Source of the DNA: Spirochaetota bacterium
Lineage (GTDB): Bacteria; Spirochaetota; UBA4802; JAFGDQ01
Assembly (NCBI GenBank): GCA_043803405.1
Contig: JAZDKB010000015.1
Coordinates: 128,001-192,000 of the forward strand
DNA length: 64,000 nucleotides
Direction of reading: 5' to 3'
Positions 11,017 through 21,099 of this stretch are shown piece after piece. Numbering within the stretch: position 1 is the stretch's first letter; the number at the start of each line of letters is the position of its first letter. The notes beneath the pieces were generated by a model. The model was not told the origin of the DNA and did no database searches. It saw only the letters and a list, made by a program, of their open reading frames with translations. The translations under genes and the position numbers were made by a program.

Positions 11017-12420
11017 ATGAGTAAAAACTTCTTTGAGGCATTGCACCAAATAGCAAGCGACAAAGGCATTAACAGGGAAGCCATTGAAGAGATTGTCGAA
11101 TCTGCGATGCTGTCTGCATATAAAAAACAATACGGAACAATTGAGAATGTCAGAGTGACATTCAACAGGGACACTAACAAAGTTTCCGTTGTTTCACGGA
11201 GAATGGTTGTTAACAAGCCAAGGGACAGGGCGGAAGAAATCGGATACGAAGCGGCAAAAAAAATAAAACCGGACGTCCAGCTCGGTGATGAAATTGACGT
11301 GGAAGAAAATCCGTTTGAGTCATTCGGCAGGATCGCAGCACAGACCGCCAAGCAGGTAATAGTCCAGAAAATAAAAGAAGAAGAAAAAGGCATTGTATTC
11401 GGAGAATACAAAGACAAGGAAGGACAGCTTATTAATGGATATGTACAGAGAAAAGTAAAAGATGCGCTTTTTATTGATCTGGGTAAAACCGAGGGAGTGC
11501 TGCCTGCAAGAGAACAATCGCCGCTTGAGCATTTTAAAACCGGAGAAAGAATAAAAGCTGTGCTTCTAAGCGTTTCAAGAAATTCTAAAGGCCCGGCAAT
11601 CATTTTAAGCAGGGCACATCCTAAATTTGTTGAAAAGCTTTTTGAAATGGAAATACCGGAGATATATGACGGCATTGTAAAAATAGTATCGATAGTCAGA
11701 GAAGCCGGTTTCAGGACAAAAGTAGCCGTCACAAGCGAAAGGGATGATATTGATGCTGTGGGCGCCTGCGTCGGCATGAAAGGCGTCAGGATCCAATCGA
11801 TTGTAAGGGAACTCGAAGGCGAAAAAATCGATATTATCGACTACTCTACGGATAAACAAACTATGGCAGCTAACTCCTTAACACCTGCCAAACCTAAGGA
11901 AATTATCCGAACCAAGGATAACGGAGTTATTGCTATTGTCGAGGACGATCAGCTGAAACTCGCTATTGGAAGGGGCGGGCACAACGCCAGGCTGGCTTCA
12001 AAATTATGCGGATTTGATATTGACATAAAAACAGAAACCCAATATCACGAGCTATTGAGTTCAGGTGAATCCAGGGCGCTTGTGGATCAATTGTTTTCGG
12101 AAACACCGACAAATGAAACCTCGCTGGAAGAACTGCCAGGGCTTGAACCGAGAATTATTAAATTACTGGAAGCAGGCGGAGTATTCTCAATCGAAGATCT
12201 GGTTGAAATTTCATCGGAAGATTTATTGAAAATAGACGGCATAGGCAAAGTAACGGCTCAAAAAATACTGGATATATTAAGAGAATCCATTGACTTTGAT
12301 GAAGATGAAGCCAATGATAATGAAAATGATGAAGGTGAAGAAAGCGACGAAGAAACCAATACAGGAGAAAATAACGGCGAGGATAATAATACCGGGGATT
12401 CTGCTAATAAAAATGCTTAA
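11017..12420 (+). CDS. nusA: Transcription factor NusA with acidic tail
   Basis: FGRIAAQTAKQ, REAGFRTKVAV, GACVGMKG, AIGRGGHNARLA; C-terminal HhH. Confidence 0.96.
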   Translation: MSKNFFEALHQIASDKGINREAIEEIVESAMLSAYKKQYGTIENVRVTFNRDTNKVSVVSRRMVVNKPRDRAEEIGYEAAKKIKPDVQLGDEIDVEENPFESFGRIAAQTAKQVIVQKIKEEEKGIVFGEYKDKEGQLINGYVQRKVKDALFIDLGKTEGVLPAREQSPLEHFKTGERIKAVLLSVSRNSKGPAIILSRAHPKFVEKLFEMEIPEIYDGIVKIVSIVREAGFRTKVAVTSERDDIDAVGACVGMKGVRIQSIVRELEGEKIDIIDYSTDKQTMAANSLTPAKPKEIIRTKDNGVIAIVEDDQLKLAIGRGGHNARLASKLCGFDIDIKTETQYHELLSSGESRALVDQLFSETPTNETSLEELPGLEPRIIKLLEAGGVFSIEDLVEISSEDLLKIDGIGKVTAQKILDILRESIDFDEDEANDNENDEGEESDEETNTGENNGEDNNTGDSANKNA

Positions 12421-12501
12421 CGGATAGCGACAAGACTTAAATTAAAGCTGATCGATATTAACTCAACAATAAAATCAATAAAATAATTTTTAAGGATTTA
12501 A

Positions 12502-15003
12502 ATGAAAACTGCTGACATTGCTGCAAAAAACCATGTTTCAATTGAATATATAATACAAATATGCAATGAGCTAGGTATACCATACAAAGACGAAAATACA
12601 GATATCTCTGAAAAGGATTTATTTCTTGTTGAGAAAAAGATAGAAGTTCTTAAAACAGAAAGGACAAAAAAGACTCTTAAACTGATGGAGAAAAAAGGAG
12701 AGAAGAATTCCGATAACAAATCCGGCAAGAAGATCAAGCTAAAAAGAAAAGTACATGTTTCAAAAGGACTAATAAAAGAAAAACCCGAAGAAAATTCTTC
12801 TGCTCCGGCTACACCTCCAGTGCCTGTAAAGGAAAAAGAGAAACCGGAAAAACCCTTTATTAGAAGAGAAGAAAAAAGACCTGAAAGGCCCCGCTTTCAG
12901 GGACAAAGAGACACAAGAAGAGAAGGCGGGTATCACCAGAATAAGGGAACGGGAACAGCCCCAAATGCAGGGAGAGATTCTCAAAGAAGTACACAGGCGC
13001 GGCCTGGCGGCGGCAGATTCCAGACAAATAAAAATACAGTAATTAAGCCAAAAGTTTCAGAAGGCGATAAAGAATCAATTAAAGAACATACAAAAGAAAC
13101 CTCCAGAAGAAAACTTCACGGAAAAGATAAAGACAAAAATAAAAGACTTATAGAAGAAAAATTTAAACAGGAAAAATTTTTAGAAAAAGACATTATTCTC
13201 CGTAAGAAAAAACCGCTTGAAAACCTTAAAAGAGAAATCGTAACACCAACCAGAATTGAAATTACGGAAAATATTTCAGTCGGAGATCTTGCGCATAAAT
13301 TAAATATTAAAGCAAGTGAAGTAATAACCAAACTCATGAAGTTAGGAGTTATGGCTACAATAAATCAGATCATCGATTCTGAAACCGCAGAAATACTTGC
13401 AGGCGAATACAATACAGAAGTTAAAGTCGTTTCCCTTTTTGAAGAAACCGTTATTAAGCTAAACGAAGTTGAAAATCCAGAGGATATGGCAACAAGACCC
13501 CCTGTCGTTACTATAATGGGTCATGTCGATCATGGAAAAACAAAACTGCTTGATACTATCAGAAAAACAAATGTTGTTGATCAGGAATTTGGCGGAATTA
13601 CACAGCATATAGGTGCCTATAAAATCTTTATCAATAATCATTTTATTACATTTTTAGATACGCCGGGTCACGCCGCGTTCACTACAATGAGAGCCCGGGG
13701 CGCAAAGGTTACTGATATTGTAGTGCTTGTCGTTGCCGTGAACGACGGTGTTATGCCGCAAACCATTGAAGCCATAAACCATGCTAAAGATGCAGGAGTA
13801 CCTACAGTTGTAGCTTTAAACAAAATCGATCTTCCGGAATCAAATCCGCAAAAAGTTAAACAGGAGCTTTCCAACTTCGGGCTTGTTCCGGAGGAATGGG
13901 GCGGACACACTCTGTATGCCGAAATTAGCGCTAAAAATAATATAAATATTGATAAATTGCTCGAGTTGATCCTGATTCAGGCGGAAATGCTTGAACTTAA
14001 ATCTAATACGAAAATTATGGCACGTGGAACTGTACTGGAATCAAGAATCGACCGCGGCAGAGGATCAGTGCCAACAATACTTGTTCAGCAGGGCATTCTT
14101 AAAGTTGGCGATCCGTTTGTAGTCGGTATATGTTCGGGTAAAGTCAGGGCAATGTTCGACGACAGAGGCAACCCGATCAATGAAGCAACGCCATCGACAC
14201 CGGTGGAGGTTCTTGGAATAACCGGCATACCTTCAGCAGGAGATCCGTTCCAGGTAGTTGAATCGGAAAAATATTCAAAGCAGATTTCCAATAAACGCCA
14301 GGAGCTTAGAAGAGTCGAAACAGCTAAAAAGATTAAAAAAGTCACTCTTGAAAATCTTAACGAGATGATTAAAGAGGGAGAAATCCAGGAATTAAAAATA
14401 ATTATAAAAGCGGACGTAGACGGTTCCGTACAGGCGTTGCAGGAAGAGCTGGAAAAATTAACGGTTGGGGATATTCGCGTTAAGGTTATTCACGGCGGTA
14501 CAGGAAGCATAAACGAATCAGATGTTATGCTAGCGTCGGCATCCAATGCGATAATAATCGGTTATCACATAAGGCCGACTGCAAAAATAGCAGACCTTGC
14601 AGAAAAAGAAAGCGTGTCAATACAGTTATTTAATATTATATTTGAGGCAACCAACAGCATTAAGACAGCATTACAGGGAATGCTGAAACCGGTTTATAAA
14701 GAAGAAATTATCGGTTCGGGCGAAATAACTAAAACATTTAAAATATCCAAAATCGGTACAATCGCAGGAGCTTTAGTTCAAAAAGGCAAACTGCAAAGGA
14801 CCAACAGCATCAGGTTAATCAGAGATGGAGTTGTAATTTACACAGGCAAACTTAAATCTCTCAAAAGATATCAGGACGATGCTTCAGAAATAGGCACAAC
14901 CCAGGACTGCGGATTCACAATCGACGGATATAATGATATAAAAGTCGGGGATACTTTTGAAGCATTTGCTATGGTTGAAGTTGAAAAAACACTAAATCCA
15001 TAA
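12502..15003 (+). CDS. infB: Translation initiation factor IF-2
   Basis: GHVDHGKT, GGITQHIGAY, DTPGHAAF, NKID, KADVDGS. Confidence 0.97.
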   Translation: MKTADIAAKNHVSIEYIIQICNELGIPYKDENTDISEKDLFLVEKKIEVLKTERTKKTLKLMEKKGEKNSDNKSGKKIKLKRKVHVSKGLIKEKPEENSSAPATPPVPVKEKEKPEKPFIRREEKRPERPRFQGQRDTRREGGYHQNKGTGTAPNAGRDSQRSTQARPGGGRFQTNKNTVIKPKVSEGDKESIKEHTKETSRRKLHGKDKDKNKRLIEEKFKQEKFLEKDIILRKKKPLENLKREIVTPTRIEITENISVGDLAHKLNIKASEVITKLMKLGVMATINQIIDSETAEILAGEYNTEVKVVSLFEETVIKLNEVENPEDMATRPPVVTIMGHVDHGKTKLLDTIRKTNVVDQEFGGITQHIGAYKIFINNHFITFLDTPGHAAFTTMRARGAKVTDIVVLVVAVNDGVMPQTIEAINHAKDAGVPTVVALNKIDLPESNPQKVKQELSNFGLVPEEWGGHTLYAEISAKNNINIDKLLELILIQAEMLELKSNTKIMARGTVLESRIDRGRGSVPTILVQQGILKVGDPFVVGICSGKVRAMFDDRGNPINEATPSTPVEVLGITGIPSAGDPFQVVESEKYSKQISNKRQELRRVETAKKIKKVTLENLNEMIKEGEIQELKIIIKADVDGSVQALQEELEKLTVGDIRVKVIHGGTGSINESDVMLASASNAIIIGYHIRPTAKIADLAEKESVSIQLFNIIFEATNSIKTALQGMLKPVYKEEIIGSGEITKTFKISKIGTIAGALVQKGKLQRTNSIRLIRDGVVIYTGKLKSLKRYQDDASEIGTTQDCGFTIDGYNDIKVGDTFEAFAMVEVEKTLNP

Positions 15004-15157
15004 TATGACTGAATAATCGGAAACCATCAAAATAATTATAGATGCCTTTTAATAAAATCCTAATAACAATAATTATACCAAAGTACAATTAGTTTGCGCT
15101 GCATTTTATTATGTCCATAAAATGCTTTAATAATCAACGGAGGCTGTATTAAGCTTA

Positions 15158-15583
15158 ATGCCAGGTTTTAGAAAAGAAAGATTGGAAAAAATGATAAAGA
15201 TGATCGTTGCTGATACTCTTCTTAAAGAAGTTAAAGACCCGAGGATCGGGTTTGCAACAATCACTGATGTAAAATTAAATAAGGATAAATCCGCAGCCAT
15301 TGTATCAGTCTCTGTAATGGGAGACGATACTGCGAAAAAGAAATCAATGATTGGATTAAACTCAGCCAGAGGTTTCTTTCAATTCAGAATAGGAAAGGAA
15401 ATTAAATTAAGGAATACACCTAAAATAATTTTCAAACTCGACAGCTCCATTGAAGAAGGCGTCGAGATGGTATATACTATCAACAAATTAGAAGAAGAAA
15501 GAATTAAAAAAGAAGCATTATCGAATCCGGAAGAAGAAGAAGAAGAAGAAGAAGATAATGATGATGATGTACAGAAGAGGTAG
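15158..15583 (+). CDS. rbfA: Ribosome-binding factor A
   Basis: VKDPRIG, LRNTPKIIFKLDSS; follows infB; (GAA)8-encoded acidic tail. Confidence 0.92.
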   Translation: MPGFRKERLEKMIKMIVADTLLKEVKDPRIGFATITDVKLNKDKSAAIVSVSVMGDDTAKKKSMIGLNSARGFFQFRIGKEIKLRNTPKIIFKLDSSIEEGVEMVYTINKLEEERIKKEALSNPEEEEEEEEDNDDDVQKR

Positions 15584-15588
15584 TTATT

Positions 15589-16530
15589 ATAGGTTCAGCA
15601 AAAAATTCAATTATTCTGATCGATAAACCAGTAGGACAAACATCATCAGATACGGTAAACGAATTAAAAAGAATACTTAACCTGAAGAGGATAGGGCATT
15701 CGGGCACACTGGATAAATTTGCTTCCGGACTGCTGATCGTCTGCACAGGCTGGGCAACAAAGCTTGCAAGGTATTTTCTGGAAAGCGATAAAAGATATAT
15801 CGCCCGCATTAAACTCGGAATTGTCACCGATACATGCGACCCAGAAGGCAAAATAATTGAAGAGAGAAAAACAACTTACCTTACTCCTGAACTAATTTTC
15901 ACAGCAGCATTAAAGTTTAAAGGCGAGTTCGATCAAATGCCTCCTCTCTATTCGGCATTAAAAGTTAAAGGTAAAAGAGCGTCCGATCTTACACGTAAAG
16001 GTAAAAATATTTCACTAAAAAAAAGAAAAGTAAATATAACAAAACTGGATATTTTAAAAATTGATCTTGACAATTCAACAGTGACAATAGACGTTACGTG
16101 TTCAAAAGGAACCTATATCAGGTCTCTGGCAAAAGATATTGGAGATTTTCTGGGAACCGGCGGACATCTGGAAAGCCTTCGCAGAATTGCTTCCGGAAAT
16201 TTTTCCATAGAAAACGCGGCAACTATCAATGAGCTTAAAGAATCCGCTGATGATAACAAAATTATCAGTAATTTAAATGCAGAAAAAAAGTATTTATATA
16301 AACCGGAAGAGGCATTAACGAATTTTTCTTATTTAAAAGTTAAAAATGCTATCGTTAAAAACATTTTAAACGGCGCGTTTTTCTTAAGGAATGATATAAT
16401 AAATATTTACAATAATGGGAAGAACCCTTTTATTATTTTAGATGAAGAAGAAAATCTTATTGCAATTGCTGATATTGATATTGATAATTGGTCAATTAAG
16501 TATTTGAACGTATTTAATAAAACTTCGTAA
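15589..16530 (+). CDS. truB: tRNA pseudouridine(55) synthase with probable non-canonical ATA/ATT start
   Basis: The frame of ORF 15937 is open back to 15568 and encodes IDKPVGQTS, GHSGTLDKFASGLL, TDTCDPEG, then PPLYSALKVKG and CSKGTYIRSL; exact start uncertain. Confidence 0.9.
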   Translation: MGSAKNSIILIDKPVGQTSSDTVNELKRILNLKRIGHSGTLDKFASGLLIVCTGWATKLARYFLESDKRYIARIKLGIVTDTCDPEGKIIEERKTTYLTPELIFTAALKFKGEFDQMPPLYSALKVKGKRASDLTRKGKNISLKKRKVNITKLDILKIDLDNSTVTIDVTCSKGTYIRSLAKDIGDFLGTGGHLESLRRIASGNFSIENAATINELKESADDNKIISNLNAEKKYLYKPEEALTNFSYLKVKNAIVKNILNGAFFLRNDIINIYNNGKNPFIILDEEENLIAIADIDIDNWSIKYLNVFNKTS

Positions 16531-16590
16531 TTGCTGTAATTACCGGGAAAAATATGAAATCTCAAACCGATAGGGGGATATAAAGTTATT

Positions 16591-16848
16591 ATGCAGGCGA
16601 AAAATGAAATTATAAATCAGTACAAGACGCATGAAAAAGATACCGGATCTTCAGAGGTTCAGATTGCTCTTTTAACTGGAAGGATAAATCATCTTACCGA
16701 GCATTTCAAATTACACGTAAAAGATTTTCATTCAAGAAGAGGCTTACTTAAGCTTGTAGGACAGAGAAGAAGACTTCTGAATTATTTAAAAAATAAAGAT
16801 CTTGAAAAATACAGAAGCATAATAAAATCTTTGGGCATCAGAAGGTAA
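16591..16848 (+). CDS. rpsO: 30S ribosomal protein S15
   Basis: [33 protein letters not shown]. Confidence 0.97.
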   Translation: MQAKNEIINQYKTHEKDTGSSEVQIALLTGRINHLTEHFKLHVKDFHSRRGLLKLVGQRRRLLNYLKNKDLEKYRSIIKSLGIRR

Positions 16849-16937
16849 AATTTAAATATTCGCTGCCTTTGCCTCAAAAACACGCGATAAAACCCCAAAT
16901 ATTATATTTATATGTTAATTAAATCAGGTGGAAAATA

Positions 16938-19016
16938 ATGAGCACCAGCTATTCAGTAGAAATTGGGAAAGATACAATTTTATTCAATACAGGCTATCTG
17001 GCCAAACAGGCAGATGGAGCCGTTGCAGCCTCAAGTAATGACACTGTCATTTTTGCCTCGGTCGTTATGTCGAGAGAGACTGCAGACAGAGATTTTTTTC
17101 CGTTAACCGTGGATTACAGGGAAAAATACTATGCTTCCGGCAAAATCCCCGGAGGTTATATTAAACGCGAACAAAGGCCAAGCGACAGAGAAACCCTTAC
17201 GTCCAGGCTGATCGACAGACCAATAAGACCATTATTTCCTAAAGACTTTGTAAATGAAGTCCAGGTTATTGTATATGTATTGTCTTCGGATACACAGACC
17301 CAAATGGATGTTCTTTCAATTAATGCCGCGTCTGCGGCTATTTCAATTTCAGGGCTTCCTTTTAGCGGCCCAATCGGAGCAGTCAGAGTTGCCAGAATCG
17401 AGGGAAAACTGACTGTAGATCCGACTTTTGAAGAGATGAGTTCCAGCGATCTCGACTTGGTAGTAGCCGGAACAAAAACTGCAGTAACCATGATTGAAGG
17501 ATCAGCAAAGAACTTATCCGAAGATGAGATGATTGATGCAGTAGTATTCGCTCATGAAAATATAAAAAAAATATGCTCAGCTATTGAAGAAATGTCAAAG
17601 TCGGCTGGAAAAACAACAGTGCAATACGTGCCGAAATCCGAAGATAAGGAATTGAAACAGGAAATAAAAAATATTTTTTATAAAGAAATAGAAAATCTTA
17701 TTCAGTTCAAAGATAAAAAAGAAAGAGAGAATGCGCATAAATCCATAATAGAAAAAGCAAAAGAAAGCCTTGCCGAAAAATTTCCTGACACAATCGGCCA
17801 GGCAGATTCCATCATAGATGAATTTGACGGCGAAATTCTAAGGAATAGAATCCTTGATGAAAAGCTGCGCGCTGACGGCCGCGGCCTTAAAGAAGTAAGA
17901 CCAATTGATGTTATGATAGGCATATTGCCAAGAGCACACGGTTCGGCTGTGTTCACACGCGGCCAAACCCAAAGTCTCGGAGTAGTCACATTAGGTACGG
18001 TATCCGATGCACAAAAGATTGATGCCATTGAAGGGCAAAGCTATAAAAAATTTATGCTTCATTACAACTTTCCTCCATTCTCCGTAGGAGAAACAGGAAG
18101 AGTCGGCGGCGTTGGCAGAAGAGAAATCGGTCATGGCATGCTTGCAGAACGTTCGCTTGAATATATTCTTCCGGATGAAAAAAAATTCCCATACACAATC
18201 AGGATAGTATCGGAAATTCTTGAATCCAACGGATCATCATCAATGGCTTCGATATGCTCTGGATCGCTTTCAATGTTTAACGCGGGCATTCCGGTAAAAG
18301 AAGCGATAGCAGGAATTGCAATGGGTCTTATTATGGAAGGAGACAGATACGCAATATTAAGCGATATTATCGGACTTGAAGACCATCTTGGAGACATGGA
18401 TTTTAAAGTTGCAGGCACAGTGACAGGGATAACAGGATTTCAGATGGACATAAAAATCCAGGGCATTACTCCGGCAATTATGAAAGAAGCGCTTTTACAG
18501 GCAAAAGAAAGCAGGCTTCACATCCTGGAAAAAATGAATAATAGTATTTCAAAACCGGAAAAAGAACTCTCGCCTTATGCACCGAGAATAATAACAATGA
18601 CGGTAGAGAAAGATAAAATCGGCGAGATCATCGGTCCCGGCGGCAAAATGATTAAAGGCATAACAGAAAGAACCGGAGCAGAGATAAATATTCAGGACGA
18701 TGGTACGGTTACAATTGCTGCTGTTAATAAAAATTCTCTTGAGCTTGCGGTGAAAGCAATTGAATCAATAATCGAAGAAGTCGAGATCGGCAAAATATAT
18801 TCAGGACGCGTAAAAAAGATAATGGATTTCGGCGCCTTTGTGGAAATTCTTCCCGGTAAAGAAGGTTTGTTACATATTTCCAAACTTGATTTTAAACGGG
18901 TGAATAATGTTACCGATATATTAAGCGAAGGTGATGCCGTTGATGTCAAGGTAATTGGCATAGACAAACTGGGCAGAATAGACCTCAGCAGAAAGGATGC
19001 TTTGCCGAAGAAATAA
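16938..19016 (+). CDS. pnp: Polyribonucleotide nucleotidyltransferase
   Basis: FFPLTVDY, RLIDRPIRPLF, FTRGQTQ, ESNGSSSMAS, GDMDFKVAG, KH and S1 domains. Confidence 0.97.
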   Translation: MSTSYSVEIGKDTILFNTGYLAKQADGAVAASSNDTVIFASVVMSRETADRDFFPLTVDYREKYYASGKIPGGYIKREQRPSDRETLTSRLIDRPIRPLFPKDFVNEVQVIVYVLSSDTQTQMDVLSINAASAAISISGLPFSGPIGAVRVARIEGKLTVDPTFEEMSSSDLDLVVAGTKTAVTMIEGSAKNLSEDEMIDAVVFAHENIKKICSAIEEMSKSAGKTTVQYVPKSEDKELKQEIKNIFYKEIENLIQFKDKKERENAHKSIIEKAKESLAEKFPDTIGQADSIIDEFDGEILRNRILDEKLRADGRGLKEVRPIDVMIGILPRAHGSAVFTRGQTQSLGVVTLGTVSDAQKIDAIEGQSYKKFMLHYNFPPFSVGETGRVGGVGRREIGHGMLAERSLEYILPDEKKFPYTIRIVSEILESNGSSSMASICSGSLSMFNAGIPVKEAIAGIAMGLIMEGDRYAILSDIIGLEDHLGDMDFKVAGTVTGITGFQMDIKIQGITPAIMKEALLQAKESRLHILEKMNNSISKPEKELSPYAPRIITMTVEKDKIGEIIGPGGKMIKGITERTGAEINIQDDGTVTIAAVNKNSLELAVKAIESIIEEVEIGKIYSGRVKKIMDFGAFVEILPGKEGLLHISKLDFKRVNNVTDILSEGDAVDVKVIGIDKLGRIDLSRKDALPKK

Positions 19017-19250
19017 CTTCTATTATAACAGCTTAAAAAAATAATTATACTCATTAGCGCCCGCTTATTATCATGGTATAATATCTTTACGCTTCTTTCT
19101 GAAAGAATCCTGTCTTTTGATTTAAAAAGCTGTTAAATAATTTATTTATTATTATTCTAAAATAATCAGCCAAGTTTACTAGTCATCTCAAAAATATGAT
19201 TTTACATAGATAGGTGATTTTGAATTGAAATACATTATAATAATATCAGC

Positions 19251-20507
19251 ATGATCATAAAATATAAATTGGATAATGGCTTAACCGTCCTTTTAGAGCC
19301 GATCGAAAGCGTCGTATCCATTTCCGCTGGTCTTTGGATAAAAGCCGGATCAAGGCATGAGAACAAAGATCAGCAGGGATATGCGCATTTTATCGAACAT
19401 ATGCTCTTTAAAGGAACAGAAAACTATTCGGCAAAAGAAATTGCTCAAATAGTTGACCGGGTTGGAGGACAGCATAACGCCATTACAAACAGGGAATACA
19501 CTTCCTATTATATTAATGTAATCTCGGATTATCTGGAACAATCCATCGACCTGTTGTCGGATATTTACTACAGGTCTCTTTTTAATAAAACCGATATTCA
19601 AAAAGAAAAAAATGTCATACTCGAAGAAATCAGCATGTATGAGGATACTCCTGATGAAATAATTCATGATATTTTCATGGAAGCCATGCTTTCCCAGCAT
19701 CCTCTCGGCAATCCGATTCTCGGCACTCATGAAAGCATTACTGATGCCAACAAAAAAAAATTAACTGCATTTTTTAACCGGCATTATAAAAACGAAAATT
19801 GTATCTTTGCCGTTGCCGGTAAATTTAAAATTCCAAAAACGAAAAGTTTAATTAAAACTTTTTTTTCTAAAAATCATAATAATATAATATTCAACGAAAC
19901 TCAGGACTACCCTGCCCCTGTAAGAATATTCAACAACCATGTTAAAAGGGATCTTGAACAGATACATTTTTGCCTTGGAGTAGAAGGCCTGAAAAAAGAT
20001 GACGATGACAGATGGGCACTTTATACAATAAGCACAATTCTTGGAGGCAGCGTGTCGTCAAGGCTGTTCCAGAACATCAGGGAAAAAGAAGGACTTTGCT
20101 ATTCCATATATTCATTTCATTCATCATACAGCGATACGGGAGTTTTCGGCATTTATTGCGGGACTTCACCCGAAAATTATAAACGCGTCCTCAATTTAAT
20201 TTTAAAGGAATGTAAAACTCTTTTAAAGAAAGGAATTACTGAACAGGAACTCAGCGATATAAAAGCATATATTAAAGGAAATCTTGCGCTAAGCCTCGAA
20301 AGCACGGAAGTAAGAATGGGGCAGCTCGCAAGAAATGAAATAACCTATGGACGGAACTTCTCTTTTCGAGAGATTATCGAGCAAATTAATAAAGTTACTA
20401 TCAACGATTTCAACAGGGTATGCGAAAAAATTTTTAAAGGAAAAAGGATTACAATAGTATCTATCGGGAAATGTAAGGATATAAATAATAATGCCTTATA
20501 CTTATGA
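19251..20507 (+). CDS. M16 (pitrilysin) family zinc peptidase
   Basis: HFIEH (HxxEH), SSRLFQNIREKEGLCY; common neighbour of pnp. Confidence 0.92.
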   Translation: MIIKYKLDNGLTVLLEPIESVVSISAGLWIKAGSRHENKDQQGYAHFIEHMLFKGTENYSAKEIAQIVDRVGGQHNAITNREYTSYYINVISDYLEQSIDLLSDIYYRSLFNKTDIQKEKNVILEEISMYEDTPDEIIHDIFMEAMLSQHPLGNPILGTHESITDANKKKLTAFFNRHYKNENCIFAVAGKFKIPKTKSLIKTFFSKNHNNIIFNETQDYPAPVRIFNNHVKRDLEQIHFCLGVEGLKKDDDDRWALYTISTILGGSVSSRLFQNIREKEGLCYSIYSFHSSYSDTGVFGIYCGTSPENYKRVLNLILKECKTLLKKGITEQELSDIKAYIKGNLALSLESTEVRMGQLARNEITYGRNFSFREIIEQINKVTINDFNRVCEKIFKGKRITIVSIGKCKDINNNALYL

Positions 20508-20621
20508 GTAAAAATTTATCATCACAAATAATAAATTATTGTTGAAATATATTTAAAAACAATAATAATACGCGCAATATTAACTATTTTAATATGTATC
20601 TTTATTATTCAGGATAAATAT

Positions 20622-21038
20622 ATGGCAAGCAAAGACGGTTCAAATAACAGCACTATAGGAGAAGGCTCCGTATTTGAAGGTAAATTCTATATAAGCGGGT
20701 CTTTAAGGATTGACGGTAAATTTGAAGGCGAAATTAAAACGGATGAAGAATTAATCGTCGGCCAGACGGGTAAAGTTAAAACCAATATAAATGCTAAATC
20801 GGTTGTAATTTCGGGAACCGTCATTGGCAATATTGTTGCGGAAAAAGAAGTGACATTGCTCGAAACGGCAAAAGTTTCCGGAGATATTGAAACGCCTTTT
20901 TTAGCGATACAACGCGGCGTTATTACGCAGGGACATATTACCATAACCGGCGGTCAAAAAGCGAACATCAAAAAATTAATCGATGATTCGTACGGAGACA
21001 AACTTGTTAAAGATGAAAAGCAGGATAGCAAAAAATAA
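20622..21038 (+). CDS. Bactofilin (polymer-forming cytoskeletal protein)
   Basis: IGEGSVFEGK...LRIDGKFEGEI...VVISGTVIGNI beta-helix pattern. Confidence 0.9.
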   Translation: MASKDGSNNSTIGEGSVFEGKFYISGSLRIDGKFEGEIKTDEELIVGQTGKVKTNINAKSVVISGTVIGNIVAEKEVTLLETAKVSGDIETPFLAIQRGVITQGHITITGGQKANIKKLIDDSYGDKLVKDEKQDSKK

Positions 21039-21099
21039 GATAATTTTTAACTTAATTATACCCGATAAATAAAATAATAATCATACAAAATTATCCCTC

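Noticed and set aside
15937..16530. truB as a truncated pseudogene, as the ORF track implies
   Set aside because: The frame is open upstream with all N-terminal catalytic motifs intact
19026..19135. 9-bp inverted repeat TAACAGCTT/AAGCTGTTA after pnp
   Set aside because: Short, about 90 nt apart and AT-rich; compatible with chance
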